Below are positions 38,911-52,832 of a stretch of 64,000 bases of DNA, one piece after another. The notes below the pieces were generated by a model. The model ran no database searches and was not told the origin of the DNA. It saw only the letters and a program-made list of their open reading frames with translations. Numbering within the stretch: the stretch's first letter is position 1; every line of letters begins with the position of its first letter. This DNA is from Octopus sinensis. Its lineage: Eukaryota. Where the stretch lies: contig NC_043017.1 in assembly GCF_006345805.1 (NCBI RefSeq), positions 30,318,001 through 30,382,000 on the forward strand, read 5' to 3'. Both the position numbers and the translations under genes were made by a program.

Positions 38911-40376
38911 TTTGGTGGACGAGTTAAAAATTATACGAGATTCAGTTGAATTAGGTACTTATGTTGAAGCACCATGCCAGTCCGTTATTATCCACACGTC
39001 CCGAAGTTCGGTGAATACAATCGAAATATGCAACAGGATATCAAGTAGTGATGCAATATGACCCTTTCAATGCAGGGCCATCTTCATCTGCACAAATAAA
39101 TGGAATTTTAACAAGTAGGATATTTTAATAGAATATTTCTTAAATATTTCAACAGAGCAAGATGGAAGAAATTCCTGTTGTCGCTATTGTAGCTAAGAAT
39201 AGAGTACTACTTCTAAGAATCGCATGGAGCACAGTGAAGTCATAGGTTTGTAAAGGATTATAATTTATTCCTAATTCATTTATCTCTTTATCAACTACTA
39301 AATCTAAGACTACAATACTCTTTCTATTTTGAATAAAGGACAAGAGTGAGTTGACAGATCATGCCTAGGTATGGTCATAAATAATATCATATGTATCTCT
39401 TTTCCCGAAGGAGGAAATAAAACACGAGGATTAGTCAGGTGGATATAAGTAATTGTCTATAAAATGAGGCAGGGTAGGGGTAGACTTTAAATTATGATTT
39501 TAATTACCAGTTAAAGGGGCCTAAGATTTTAATAATACGAAGCCTAAGATTTTAATACAGAGGAAATTTTCTTCAGGGGCACTATGGATGATTGTTTATA
39601 AACAATATTGTTATGTTGTACAAAAAGAAAATATAAGAATTTGAAACATGATTTCATAACCAAAATAAGTAAAAGTTGTGTATATGTCAATTATAAACAT
39701 TAAAAAGGAAGATTACGTGGAATCAGTGGAATATTCCAGCCAGTGATGTGATGCTTTGAATACATCTGGAAGTATAGCACACTGTGTTGCATATATAAGG
39801 GCAAATGTATGAATATCAGTCCTGCGAACGACCAAAGTCTTTGCTCTCTTGTCAGCAACCCATTCACAGATGACGTCTTCTAGCTTAGAGTAAAGTGGTT
39901 ACCGACCTGGTCCACACTTGCGTTTCTTTGCATTTCCCTCGTCCATTTGTTGACTGAGTTTATCGTAGTCTGCTCGCGCTTTTCGAACCATACAGAGATC
40001 CGAATGCTTTTCGTTGCAGAAAACATTAGGATTACTGCTCAGTAATTCCTCCACGATTCATTTCTTGTACTTCATGGAATAACTCTTCCTTCTTGCACTC
40101 ATCTTGTCGTGGGGGTGTAAATGAGCTGACAAATGACCTCCCATTCCATTTTCATCATATTTTCAGGGAAACTTTTTTTGCTTTGGAAGAAATTGTATAC
40201 TTTATAGTTTTTTGCATCTACTGAGTCCTACTGACCACTGATCAAAGTGTTACACGACACATTTGAAAGCTCCGACTTTTTGAATTCCTCTCGTATATAT
40301 CACTACCGTATAATTTTAAGCAGGTGCCTATTAGGAAAAATGCTAAGTAGCATGATGCCAGGTTTCTTATTCGACA

Positions 40377-40455
<79 letters not shown>

Positions 40456-40585
40456 CATATGTAAATATAGTTTTAGTAGTAAGATATTTATATCGATATT
40501 GATTTATGCATTTTATGTGCAAAGACCTACATATGCGTATGCACACACACACACGCACACACGCACCCACACACACACACGTGTG

Positions 40586-40616
<31 letters not shown>

Positions 40617-40687
40617 ATGTATAATGTGTTTGTGTGTTTATGTGTTTGTGTGTGTGATTATGTCTGTGTGTTTGTGTGTGTGAGTGA

Positions 40688-40965
40688 TGGTGCATGGCTT
40701 CGTGATTCGGATAATGGGCACCCGAATTGTAAGCCCCTGAGTTCGATTTCCGGCGACGACGTTGTATCTTTGAGCAAGATACTTTATTTCACATTGCCCC
40801 TCAGCTAACAAAAATAAGCTGTTCTTGTAATTGTGACATTCTATGCCATGCTGAATCTCCATGAGAACTACTTTAAAATTACGAGTGCCTGTGGAGTGCT
40901 CAGCCACATGCAGTTTAATATAACGAGCAGGCTGTTCCGTAAAACTGGATCCCGTGACGTCGTAT
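40688..40965 (+). mobile_element. tRNA-headed SINE, family C, diverged
   Basis: gagttcgatttccggc..gtatctttgagcaagatactttatttcac..ctgaatctccatgagaactac..gtggagtgctcagcc; matches 58199-58520. Confidence 0.8.
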
Positions 40966-41502
40966 GAGAGAGAGAGAGAGAGAGAAAAGGAAGGAGAAAA
41001 AGAAAGAAAGAAAACGCGTACGTAAAATATATGGTGACGAACACTCGGAAAGCTTTAATTAGATAGAAAGCGTAACGAAATATTCCTTATCTAAAACATG
41101 TGCCTAATTAAATTCTGATGATTTAAAACACTTCCTCGGAATATCGTGCAGCTGAAATACATTTAATTACTCGCTTTCCTGCTCAGAGTCGATCTTCAGT
41201 TAAAGTACAACATATGCGAAAGCTATGTTGAAAATATATCACATCTTAAAGACTTGAAGAAACAATTTCTCTTAGCGTCATTCATGCATGGTTCTTATTC
41301 ATATTTTACTTCATGAATGTCAGACAAGGAAATTCAAGAAATCTTAATCATCTTTCGTCATTTACACAGGACTTAGATGTAGTAAATTACCCACAAAAGG
41401 GAACGATGTGATTGTATAATATACAAAACAGGGTATTTAATCTCTTCACATACTAAAATCTGTGAACTCCAGGCAAAAGACAAAACTAGCTAACTATATA
41501 TC

Positions 41503-41669
41503 ATTTTATTATTTTATCTAGTTTCAGCTCACGAGCTGTGGCCATGCTGGGGCACCGCCATTCGGTGTTGCTACATGATTTTACTTCACGAATGCTTTTT
41601 AACAATTGACATTTGGTGCATGAGAGAGTTTGATGCAGCTGCCCTCAACTGCACCTCCTGTTGTGAAGT

Positions 41670-41671
<2 letters not shown>
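41503..41671 (-). mobile_element. LINE 3' end (CR1/L2-group-like), putative partner of SINE family A
   Basis: TSQQEVQLRAAASNSLMHQMSIVKKHS* then 3' UTR GGCGGTGCCCCAGCATGGCCACAGCTCGTGAGCTGAAACTAGA. Clade assignment tentative. Confidence 0.65.
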
Positions 41672-41735
<64 letters not shown>

Positions 41736-41788
41736 GTGAATTGAAGAATGGAGTTGAACGAAGATTGAACAGAAATCGTTTTATTGCA

Positions 41789-41867
41789 TTCTACACGTGT
41801 TTCGAAAGGCACAATTACCAAATTCCGATTGAATAATGAGACCATATTGTGTCTTTCTCTTCAGGAA
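41789..41867 (-). ncRNA. Type I hammerhead ribozyme motif, left arm
   Basis: Reverse complement of 42030-42109. Confidence 0.82.
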
Positions 41868-42029
41868 GAAATAGGAAATCCGTTGGAATAAACAAAAACA
41901 GAACAGAGGCGGAGTAAAACAAATCGAACGAGGCTCCTAAGAGCCCATGGCCAAACTTAGGAGCCTCGTTCGATTTGTTTTACTCCGCCTCTGTTCTGTT
42001 TTTGTGTATTCCAACGGATTTCCTATTTC

Positions 42030-42109
42030 TTCCTGAAGAGAAAGACACAATATGGTCTCATTATTCAATCGGAATTTGGTAAATTGTGCCTTTCGAAACA
42101 CGTGTAGAA
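42030..42109 (+). ncRNA. Type I hammerhead ribozyme motif with 55-nt stem II, right arm
   Basis: ttc-CTGAAGA-gaaagacacaat..attgtgcctttc-GAAA-cacgtg-TA-gaa. Intact core, GUA site at 42104-42106, palindromic ACACGTGT. Confidence 0.82.
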
Positions 42110-42319
42110 TGCAATAAAACGATTTCTGTTCAATCTTCGTTCAACTCCATTTCTTCAATTCACTAATAATATTAAAATTCAATTATCCGCACCAACGCAC
42201 GGTTGCAACACCATATGGTTGTACCTCCAACCGTGCTGTCTTCTGCTGTGATTTTTGCTACCAAGGTATCGGTTAAACTTTTGATTAATCTGCAACAAGA
42301 TTATTCATCTTTCTATTTC

Positions 42320-42363
<44 letters not shown>

Positions 42364-42537
42364 TTTAAAAAATCTCAAAGATTTTATTTCTGTATGTAAG
42401 CATTTAGATATGTAAATAACCAGATCAACATACAGACGGATAGGTACATAGGTTACAAGAACAGACACATAGGGAGACACGGATCCACACATAAAGATGC
42501 ACATCCATACATACAAACATGGTACATAGTTACATAA

Positions 42538-42570
<33 letters not shown>

Positions 42571-43479
42571 GGAGGCAGGTACATGCATATACAAACACAT
42601 GCTCACACACACACATACAGATGCACACACATACATACACACACACATATATACATACATACACATGCAAACACACACATACATACGTACGTACATGTAT
42701 AGGCAAACACACTGACACACACACATGCGCACAAACAAACAAAAGGGAACGCAGTGTAAATAACGGACAGAGTCAAAACTATTGAAAAGGTTGCAAGACG
42801 CAACGAAAATTTTAGAAGATAAAATAAGAAATAAGTGGAAATTTTAACGGTGTGTGTGTTATATAATAAGGCACTAAAAGAGAATGACTCTCCCCAGACA
42901 ACAGTATCTCAAAGAAACTTCCATATGTGTTCAATATGTTTTTTTTTTCTTGAATAGAATACATAGTGTATTCAATTCGATGAACGGCATATGTATTATA
43001 AATTAAATGAAATTGTTCTTGCTTATACATCGGATAGAAACAAGCTGTGCTCAAGGCTTGCGTAAGCGGATCCCTAAATTGCGAAATGATACATTTGAGA
43101 AATACATGTAAGTTGAAATATTTGGGGTTATAATACAGGCAGACTTGTAGTTCAAGTTGGTTGTGTTTCTATAGATGATAGATAGAAAATTTTATTTTGC
43201 CAGTCAGGCAGCTTCGGTAGCAAAAACTGATAAATCATTTGTCTGAATTCGGCTTTTCAGTGTAAAGAAATATGTGTAATGCTATTCAATGTGGAAAGTT
43301 CATATGAATAAAGAAACACTTCAAAGGCGCTAGAGAAACAGAATAGAGAACCCTGTATAATGATGGGCGAATCGGATATTGCGTTATCTGAGTACAATAT
43401 TGCATTTCAGGCGTAATACTAACTTTGTGATATCTTCTACGGTATAAAAGCAGGACCAATACATATATCACTGTCCTCT

Positions 43480-43866
43480 TTTACTCTTTGGCTCTTTTAC
43501 TTGTTTCAGTCATTTGACTGTGGCTATGCTGGAGTACAGCTTTAGTCGAGAAAATCGACTCCAAGAATTATTCTTTGTAAGCCTAGTACTTAGTCTATCT
43601 TTCTCTTTTTCCGAACCGCTAGGTAACGAAGACCTAAACACACCACCATCGAGTGTCAAGCGATTTTGGCGGGACAAACACAGACGCACAAGCATATACA
43701 CATACATACATACATAGATATACATACAGATATAGTTATACATACATATATAGTTATACATACATATATATATATATACACACATACATAGTTATACATA
43801 CATATATATATATACACACATACATATATGTATATACACATATATATATATATGTATGTATGTATG

Positions 43867-43906
<40 letters not shown>

Positions 43907-44066
43907 CGACGGGCTTCTTTCAGTTTCCGTCTAAGAAATCCACTAACAAGGCTTTGGTTGGCCCAAGGCCATAATAGAAGATACTTGACCAAGGTGCCAC
44001 GCAGTGGGACTCCGGAACCATGTGACTGGTTAGCAAGCTACTTACCACACAGTCACTCCTGCGCCT
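43480..44066 (-). mobile_element. SINE family A with an expanded internal microsatellite
   Basis: Both halves present around ~220 bp of (TA)/(CATA). Confidence 0.88.
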
Positions 44067-44109
44067 ATATATTCTTAGTGTACATTCTTTAATATTTGAG
44101 CAGGCATTC

Positions 44110-44330
44110 AAGGCAACGAGTTGGCAGAATAGTTACCACGCTCAGCAAGATGCTAAGTGACTTGTCATCCGGCTGTACGTTCTGATTTCAAATGATGCCA
44201 TCGAGATCGACTTTGTATTTCGTCGTTTCGAGGTCGATAACATAAGTAACATTTGAGCACTGGGGGTAGATGTAATAGACGGACCCATTCCTCCGAATAT
44301 GCTGACCTTGTGCCAATATTTGAAACTTAA
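44110..44330 (+). mobile_element. SINE family B-related subfamily, diverged
   Basis: gagttggcagaatagtta..cgttctgatttcaaat..gaggtcgataa..ccttgtgccaatatttgaaac. Confidence 0.7.
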
Positions 44331-44441
44331 TATTTGCGAATGTATGGCTGTGTGTTAAAAAGTTTATTATTCAAAGTTCTTCACATCTGTGATAGATCTA
44401 CAGCCAGATTATAACAAACGACGATGTTTCTGATAAATTAT

Positions 44442-44488
<47 letters not shown>

Positions 44489-45359
44489 ATATAATATAAA
44501 TAATAAAAATGGGTTTTTAGATCTATCGAGAGCAGAAATACACAAATTGCTGTATAACATATCCAATCTCTGTAGTTATCTAAATCAATATAGGGGTAAA
44601 ATTACTGATTTACTAATTTCAGATATTGAAGTATATAAAAAAAAGTATTGATTTTAGGCTGATAGTTTTAGGATGAACAAATAGAAATATGTGACATTTA
44701 TGCCTTTCCCATAGATTTAAGTGTTATAAAGCGCATTAAATAAGTACCACCAGAAACTATCGCAGCGTTGTTGACTGCCCTTCGGGAAATATATTCCTTG
44801 CTTTATAGCACTGGCCATAAGCTACAGATTATACTTGTACTCCACATTAAAATAGTGAAAACAATTTAATGTATCTTGTGGCTAATAACAGTTTTTTATT
44901 ATTTTATGTGAGAATGAAATATCCAGCCACACGGGAGATATTTTCTATTTTCGGTATAGAGGATAATGGTTTTAAGTTGGATTTATTTTAATGAAAACAC
45001 GGTCAATATTTTGTTGGAGAAACTATACAGATAATATAAATTGCAGCATATCATGTTTATGTATTTTATTAAATCTCAAACAGCGAAAGACATAAAAAAA
45101 TAAAATAAGATACGTAAATAAAATAAAAACACATAAATAATGGTGACCCAACGTAAACTAAGATGTCTATCATGCACCTGATCTATTTCGATTTATAGGA
45201 CCGAGTTTATCAGGCGTCAGTGTAAAACAAGGAAAGATAGCGTGTTTGAGATTTTCGATCTGACTATGTTTTTCAGAGATTGTATCAGCTGGGAAAAAAT
45301 AATTTGTGATCAATCCACACAGAAAATAATTTTATATACTTAACATCAGTAGATTTATC

Positions 45360-46181
45360 GACGACGTGGCATCAAACGGTTACTAGACTAGTTGTGTTTC
45401 ATAAAAGATAAGTTATTTACCTAAGATTTAGCATCATAGCCTTCGAAATAGTCACCTAGAGTAACAAAACACTGGTCCCAACGTTCATGCCACTTTTGGA
45501 ATCCGGGCGGGAAGTAGACTTTCGTAAGCTAGTCGAGGACCTTCTGCCATTCGCTCTGGTATTAAAACGGTGAAGTTTGAGCTGCATTTTTATCTTGGGA
45601 AAGAGATGGAAGTCCGCAATGGCAAAATCTGGAGAGTAGGGCGGGCGCGAAGCGACACTGTGTTGTTTTAGGGCAAGAAACTCACGTGAAAATAGTGCAA
45701 TGCCCTCGTTAAGATTCAAATAATTCGCGCTTCACATATCCGGTTGCTTTCGCTGACTGTCCACCCTCAAACGGTTCCATACATTGCAGTAGATCTTTCG
45801 ATTGACGGTCTGAACTAGGGGAGAAATCCACAATGGACGATATACATTCCCGATGTCTCAATATTGTCCAGAGACGTTCTTTCACATTTGAAATGCCCGT
45901 GCCACTCGAACCTTTGCATACAACCCATTGCCTCGTCGTAATAAGCTTGTCGAAGTATTCTCAATGTGTTTGTAGCAGACTTGCCACTTTTAACGCAATA
46001 TTTCACATTGCCTCTTAGTTCACAGACTTCAGAACTTGCGAAGTAAGTAAACCGGGAGCGTTGTGACTCAGAACACCGCCTCATAAATTCACTGCTTGCT
46101 CTCACAATGCACGCAACTGCATGCCACTATCTAGTGAGGCGCTACAGATCTAGTCCGAGGACGTTGTGATACGAAATCCTA
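45360..46181 (-). mobile_element. Internally deleted mariner transposon with both TIR remnants
   Basis: ELRGNVKYCVKSGKSATNTL..FEWHGHFK; PPYSPDFAIADFHLFPKIK; GFQKWHERWDQC..DYFEG; ends gcatcaaacggttactagactag and ctagtccgaggacgttgtgatac are degenerate inverted repeats. Confidence 0.88.
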
Positions 46182-46379
46182 TGTATGTATGTATGTAAGT
46201 ATCCATCTATGTATGTATGTATCCATCATTGTATGTATGTATGTATCTATCTATCTATCCACACACACTCACGCATATATCAATATCACTATATCAACCA
46301 GATTATCCGATTTTATATATCGTTGGTCACAGTGCACGTAAATTATTTATTGATTACATGATTATCTTCCATCCTGTCC

Positions 46380-46960
46380 CGAATCGCTTCAGTAAAAGTC
46401 GTCTTCCAATCGTCTACAAAGCCTTCCAAGTAGCCTTTTCCTATCTTTCCACTTGTTGTACATGAACCCTGCGACATATCCAGCCCAGAAAAAATTCTAC
46501 GTTCAGAATTCCGTGATCAATTTTTAGTGCCACTCATCGAATTTTATCAAATCGAATAAATTCTCGAAACGATATTCTTAACAGGCGTCATTCCATGGCC
46601 ATTTGCATCATAGCCGATCGATGTTCATCATTATTAGTTATAGCTCACGACGCACTTGCGAATAGGGGTTCTGATATGAGGACGTTTTGCAGAACCTGGC
46701 AGGTATAGTCTGATCCAGCTTGGCTTTCTGCACATCTCTTATTGCAGGATGTGCCTTGCATCCTACCCTTATTCTTTTTGAGATTTCGGCGTCCAAGTCT
46801 TGCATATTCACTTCATATCTCAAGTAGACGTACCTTCTTAACTCTTCGATTTCATAGCTTCGCATTAATATTCGGAAATTCACTAGGATTTTCAGACCGC
46901 ATGTATTTTGTTTTCATGCGGATTACCGTAAGGGATTATGAATTAATCTGTTGCAAAGAT
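46380..46960 (-). mobile_element. RTE-clade LINE remnant, post-RT region
   Basis: EIEELRRYVYLRYEVNMQDLDAEISKRIRVGCKA..IRDVQKAKL and WAGYVAG (WAGHVAR-like). Confidence 0.8.
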
Positions 46961-47614
46961 TAGGAGCAGGGAAACGTAAGTTTGCATTTCATTTACTGAA
47001 TTCAAATCAGAATAAAACGTGACATAAATATATATAATAATGATAATTGCTCAACACGGAAGCAGTATTCTTGTTCATGGCAAAACAAAATCAAGTTTTT
47101 GGGACAAAATATTTGAAAAAATATTTGAAGTTCTGTTTCAACATCTTCAGTAATTTTGAAACTATTTTATGAACAAAATACATGAATGACTAGAGTGAAT
47201 GTAAAACATATGGTGTTCGGTCGGCTTAGTACAGAGATTCCCATCTTCATGCATCCGTTTACCCTTGGGGTATCAGAGCTGAACGTGTCCTTCTATCTTG
47301 GGGAATAGTTAATGAAATACACACATCGCTTCCCTACACATATCTATAATATGCTTCAGATGATTTTGCACAGTGAAACGAAAGTTTATTAAGTCTCAGG
47401 TGTCCTTTTGTAGCACGATGCCAGGATGTTTACTTGAAGGACAAGCTTCCATTTCGTTACACATAAAATAATGTGCGTGCACGTGTGTAAGGATGTGTGT
47501 GCGCGTGTGGTTGCGCGCACACGTTGTGTCATCTAATTTGCTGCATTTGCACTCTAACGTTCCTACGCAATATAAGACGTTTGAAGTTACATTACAAATA
47601 GTTACTACGATATG

Positions 47615-48024
47615 GGATCTTTTCGGTTTGAACGGCAGTTTTTTCTAGCGGTGTCATATGAAATTGTCACCCATAATTATGACCCTAGTATCGATCTATT
47701 GCATTTCAATCTATTTTAGGGTTAGGGGTGGGGAAAAGGTATCCTTTTCTTCTTCACAAATGTAAATAAACCCAATCTGTTTCTTAAACGAGGGACATAT
47801 TCATACGGCACAGAATGTTGTTTACCTCAATGGGCGTCATTGATAAGTTGAAATTGCTGAAATTGAAGAATAAAACAACAAATATCTTACAAACTATAGA
47901 ATTTTCTCAATAGAGGCAAGAGGAAAATATATTTTATAAACACATTCTTCCAGTATACGAAGTTCAACATTTTTTAGTTACTTAGAAAATGTTTTAAAAA
48001 CTGCCGTTCAAACCAATAACATCC
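47615..48024. mobile_element. MITE, ~410 bp, ~29-bp TIRs, internal TTAGGG motif
   Basis: ggatcttttcggtttgaacggcagttttt .. aaaaactgccgttcaaaccaataacatcc; ATG on both flanks (possible 3-bp TSD); second copy inverted from 63632. Confidence 0.82.
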
Positions 48025-48104
48025 ATGATATGTGTATCTGCTTTCTCTGCAGCAGAAAGACAGAGCTACATTGTATTGTTAATAAGACAACTTATCGTTT
48101 ATCT

Positions 48105-48300
48105 TTAACTGTTTCAGTCATTACATTACGGCCATGCCGAGGCAGCGCCTTGGAACATTTCAGTCGAACGAATCTACCGATCGGACTTTTTTGAGGTGAC
48201 GTACGTATTCGAACGACCTCTCATGCTGAGAAACTAAGTTACGGGAACGTAAACACACTCACACCGGTTGTGAAGAGTTAATTGGGGAACAAAAAAAAAA
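48105..48300 (-). mobile_element. SINE family A, decayed 3' half
   Basis: tgtttcagtcatt..ggccatgcc..ctaagttacgggaacgtaaacac. Confidence 0.7.
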
Positions 48301-48340
48301 GATACACGCACACATACATAACGCACACAAATATATGTAA

Positions 48341-48421
<81 letters not shown>

Positions 48422-48669
48422 TATTGGTAAGCAGAGTTACTGGTTGTAGTAACGACTGAGGGATAAAAGTATGAGTATTTACTATTGGTATCAGTTACCT
48501 GTTCAAAACCCGGGGCATGCGTATGCAGGCACACTATGCTTATAGGGTACAGGTAACAACAGTATAAAAGTTTTTTATCAGGAATCAAATTTAAATAATC
48601 AGATGTGGCGTGCTTCAATTTGTTTGTGGATGAAAAGTGTTCTTCATTTTCTGATTATATATATATATC

Positions 48670-48880
48670 ATTACTACCCACAAGGGGCTAAACACAGAAG
48701 GGACAAACAAGGACAGACAAACGGATTAAGTCGACTACATCGACCCCAGTGCGTAACTGGTACTTAATTTATCGACCCAGAAAGGATGAAAGGCAAAGTC
48801 GACATCGGCGGAATTTGAACTCGGAACGTAACACGGCTACGAATTTCGCCCGGCGTGCTAACGTTTCTACCAGCTCGCCT
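48670..48880 (-). mobile_element. SINE family B with a small internal deletion
   Basis: ttactacccacaaggggc..ccagctcgcc. Confidence 0.9.
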
Positions 48881-49107
48881 TATATATAATATATATAGGT
48901 ATATATGAATATATATATATATATATATATACACCAAACGCACTTGTATATGTGTATAGATCTCTCAGCATATATATATATATATATATATATATTCATA
49001 TATACCTATATATATATACATATATTCATATATACCTATATATATATACATACATATATGTATATATATATGCACACAGACATACATGCAGACACATACA
49101 CACACAA

Positions 49108-49144
<37 letters not shown>

Positions 49145-50019
49145 GAGAGAGTGAAGGGAAGGAGAGAGTGGGGAGACACATGTGCATGCATTTTGGGTTT
49201 GTCCGTGTATCAGCCTCTGTGTCTATATAGGCCGAAGTGCGAATTTTACAACGATCTTTATCAGAGAAAACATAGAATCAATGCTGATAATCATAAAATC
49301 CGCTGATTACTCATTTATCCCCTTACGATGTTGGTTTCCCATTGAATAAGAGAACATTTTAATATCTAACACCGACATACACATAGTAAACCAGAGATTA
49401 GCCCATTAGAAACCTGTAATCGTCGAAAACTATTGTTGACTTATGCTGTTCTGAATTAAATAAATATATTAATATATAAATAAATAAATAGACGTACGCT
49501 AATCGTCTTTATTGTATCATGATGCAGAAAATCGATTTTATTTTCCGAAGGAATTATAAATGAGAAGCCAGAGAGATGAAGATAAATGTTTAAAGGTCTT
49601 CACCAGCGTACATGTAGTTTGGAAGGATATTTAATATTGAATACGAATCAGTGTAACAATTGTACTACAACGAGAGCTGAGAGTGGAGAGGGATGTGGAT
49701 AAATCAACTTCGAACATGATTATTTTATTTCGTTCATATCGTAAATTGTGAACAATAGCGTCGTTAGTTACAGGTTTTCAACGGGTCACATTCAGTTTCA
49801 TTGTGTTTCTGACAGCGAGGTCGATAATGGAGTGTTTGTCATGTAACGCAGAACAAACTCTCCTAACAGATATCAAAGATTGCTGATTTTTTCTGATTTC
49901 ACGCCGATGCTTAATTCTTTTGCAGTTAAAAATTGGTAAACGTTCCAAACACCGTCAATCACTTACAGTTAAAGCCATACAGAAGAACGAAGTAACCCCA
50001 CATATACACATAGATTATA

Positions 50020-50027
50020 TATAAGAG

Positions 50028-50094
<67 letters not shown>

Positions 50095-50410
50095 ATATAT
50101 GCATGCATGCATATATATATATATATCTATAATATATAAGAGTATGTAAATATTCATATATACATATATGTGCATATATATGTATATATATATGCATGCA
50201 TGCATATATATATATATATATATAAGAGTATGTAAATATATATGCATACATACTTATATGTGCATATATATATATATGTATATATAATATATAAGAGTAT
50301 GTAAATATATATGCATATATACTTATATGTGCATATATATATATGCATATATATATATATATGCATATATATATATATGCATATATATATGTGCATATAT
50401 ATATATATGT

Positions 50411-50444
<34 letters not shown>

Positions 50445-50500
50445 CTACGCATACCGATATATTTCTTCGTGTATATATGAACATGCCAGTATAGATGTTG

Positions 50501-50543
<43 letters not shown>

Positions 50544-50610
50544 CATCCATATATTTATACATATATACACACGCACGCACAAAAATATATATTACATACA
50601 CATATGCGTG
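50020..50610. repeat. (TA)n/(TGCA) compound microsatellite with a repeated AAGAGTATGTA unit
   Basis: Direct inspection; unit near 50023, 50138, 50224 and 50293. Confidence 0.9.
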
Positions 50611-51824
50611 CAATTTTCCATATACACGTCTAGCTTAGTATTTCAATCACCTCCGGATGAATGTGAGACAAGGTCAATCTTATCCGGATTGGAATATGCA
50701 ACGTAAAAAGCACCTAACGTCATACCACGAGGCATTCTATCTGACAGTCTACCCAATCCGTCATTCAACACTCTTGTCGGCTTTTTAATATTTATGGGAA
50801 AATATCTTCCAGCTTAAAAGCAAAGATTTACATGAATCTACGTTGGTTTTTCTATGGTGTTGATGATGTTCAGAGAAATGATACATTATCACTCGACACA
50901 GACACAAATAGATTTCAACAGCTTATTAATATTAATTCGCCTATATAGATCTGAGAATTGGTCCATTATAGAAACAAAATAACAAAAGTAAATATGAATA
51001 AAAAAATTAAACTATCAAATGGGATGCTAACCAAAAACAAGTAAAAGATTTTTAAATGCTATCTGCATTACAAAGGTAGTGTCTGTGAAGAGAGCTAAAG
51101 GCTTACTATTTGAATCGCTTAACACGCAGGCTGATACGTCAAAACAACTCATGTACGCTGCGAGGAGAGAGAAAATAAAGAAATAATTATGCAAAGACGG
51201 ATCACTCGCTACGTGTTCAGAAATAAATTACGATACAGAAGGAGAGTGAATGGTTTACATGGGTTCACATTAATATTGGAAACCAGTCGTTCTTCGAGTT
51301 CTTGTTGCCGCCGAATTTAGGATATGGTGGTGGCTAAACGGATGGGGAGGAGAAACGGATTAGCTATTCCATGATGTCATGTCGTTACGCCGCACTATTA
51401 TAGTTTAATATGCGACGACGAAAAAGGAAAAAAAAATATATATAGGAGCGAAATGACAAAAGGGTATGGCTATGATTTGATGTATTTGCAGGCATGCGGC
51501 AGACATGCTGTGAGCTTTTGTAATTCGGATAAAATGAAGATGCATATTTAGATGTCGAGAAACAAACGTATACATATACACAAGGCAGATATACAGAACA
51601 GAACATATATAATGAGAGAAGCAAAGACCTGTATTCTCGGCACTGAAGATTGGTGTGGATACTGAAACATGACTGAGAAGTTAAGATGCTCAGATCTCAA
51701 TAAACCCCGTCTTAGTTAAAACGCACAGCGAGATATAATTGAGAAATGTCTTCCAATATAAGTGATGTTTCGAAATCACTGCGCTTACAAACACCTTATA
51801 TATATAAGGTACACACGCGGTCAC

Positions 51825-51867
<43 letters not shown>

Positions 51868-51901
51868 TAACTTTCTGCGTACGTTCATGTGTATGTGTGT
51901 G

Positions 51902-51949
<48 letters not shown>

Positions 51950-52502
51950 TATGTGTGTGTGTGTGTGTGTTTATACACATGTTTATTTTTACCCATTACA
52001 CACACACACAGAAACAAAGAAACATATATACGAAGGCATGCACACTTGTTTCCACATGCATACACGCCAATATAAATACGGGCATATTTACCCTAACCGG
52101 CTTTCACGCTCCTAAATTACCCTAACAATTTATTTCCCAGACCGAGAACAGACTTCCTTTATTGAGATACATTGGGGGCAACGACATTCGCTGAAGTCTT
52201 TTTTTTATATGACTGCATATCCGGGAAAACGAAAGAGAAAAATTTTGCAGAGATCGTCTGGAAAGCGCATATCAATAAAACCGCAGTTTAGAGTTAATTC
52301 CTTTCCAATAGTTGCGTGGTTGGTTGTGCGAAGATGGTATTAAAAATGAATTTGCTGTCGGCTTGTTTCACATATTGCGCTCGATTTACATACAAATATC
52401 ATTCTGGAAATAACTTATGCAAATGAAAACCATCAGATAATTGTCCCTGTGTCCAGGTCATATGTTATAACTATCATGCAGAGAAATCTGTACACATGTA
52501 CA

Positions 52503-52832
52503 ATTATATTATCATTATTACTATTATTATTATTATGTTCATTATTACTATTATTATTATTATTACTATTATTATCATCATTATTACTATCATTATTACT
52601 ATTATTATTATTATTACTATTATTATCATTATTACTATTATTATTATTATTATAATTATCATTATTACTATTATTAGCATTATTATAATAATTATTATTA
52701 TAATTATCATTATTACTATTATTAGCATTATTATAATAATTATTATTATTATAATTATCATTATTACTATTATTATCATTATTACTATTACTATTATTAT
52801 TATAATAATAATAATAATAATTATTATTATTA
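52503..52832. repeat. (ATT)n-based trinucleotide tract
   Basis: ATT/ACT/ATC triplets; source of the poly-N/I/L ORFs. Confidence 0.95.

Larger units (their letters stand above)
41734..42323. mobile_element. PLE-type palindromic element: ~208-bp inverted arms, 14-bp spacer, ~160-bp tail
   Basis: 41734-41941 is a near-exact reverse complement of 41956-42165; (TA)n on both flanks; one HHR per arm. Confidence 0.88.

Noticed and set aside
39050-40330. Possible very old PLE or DNA-transposon coding remnants (e.g. EIFKKYSIKISY on the minus strand near 39115-39150)
   Set aside because: Only isolated short motifs; too decayed to call without a translated search.
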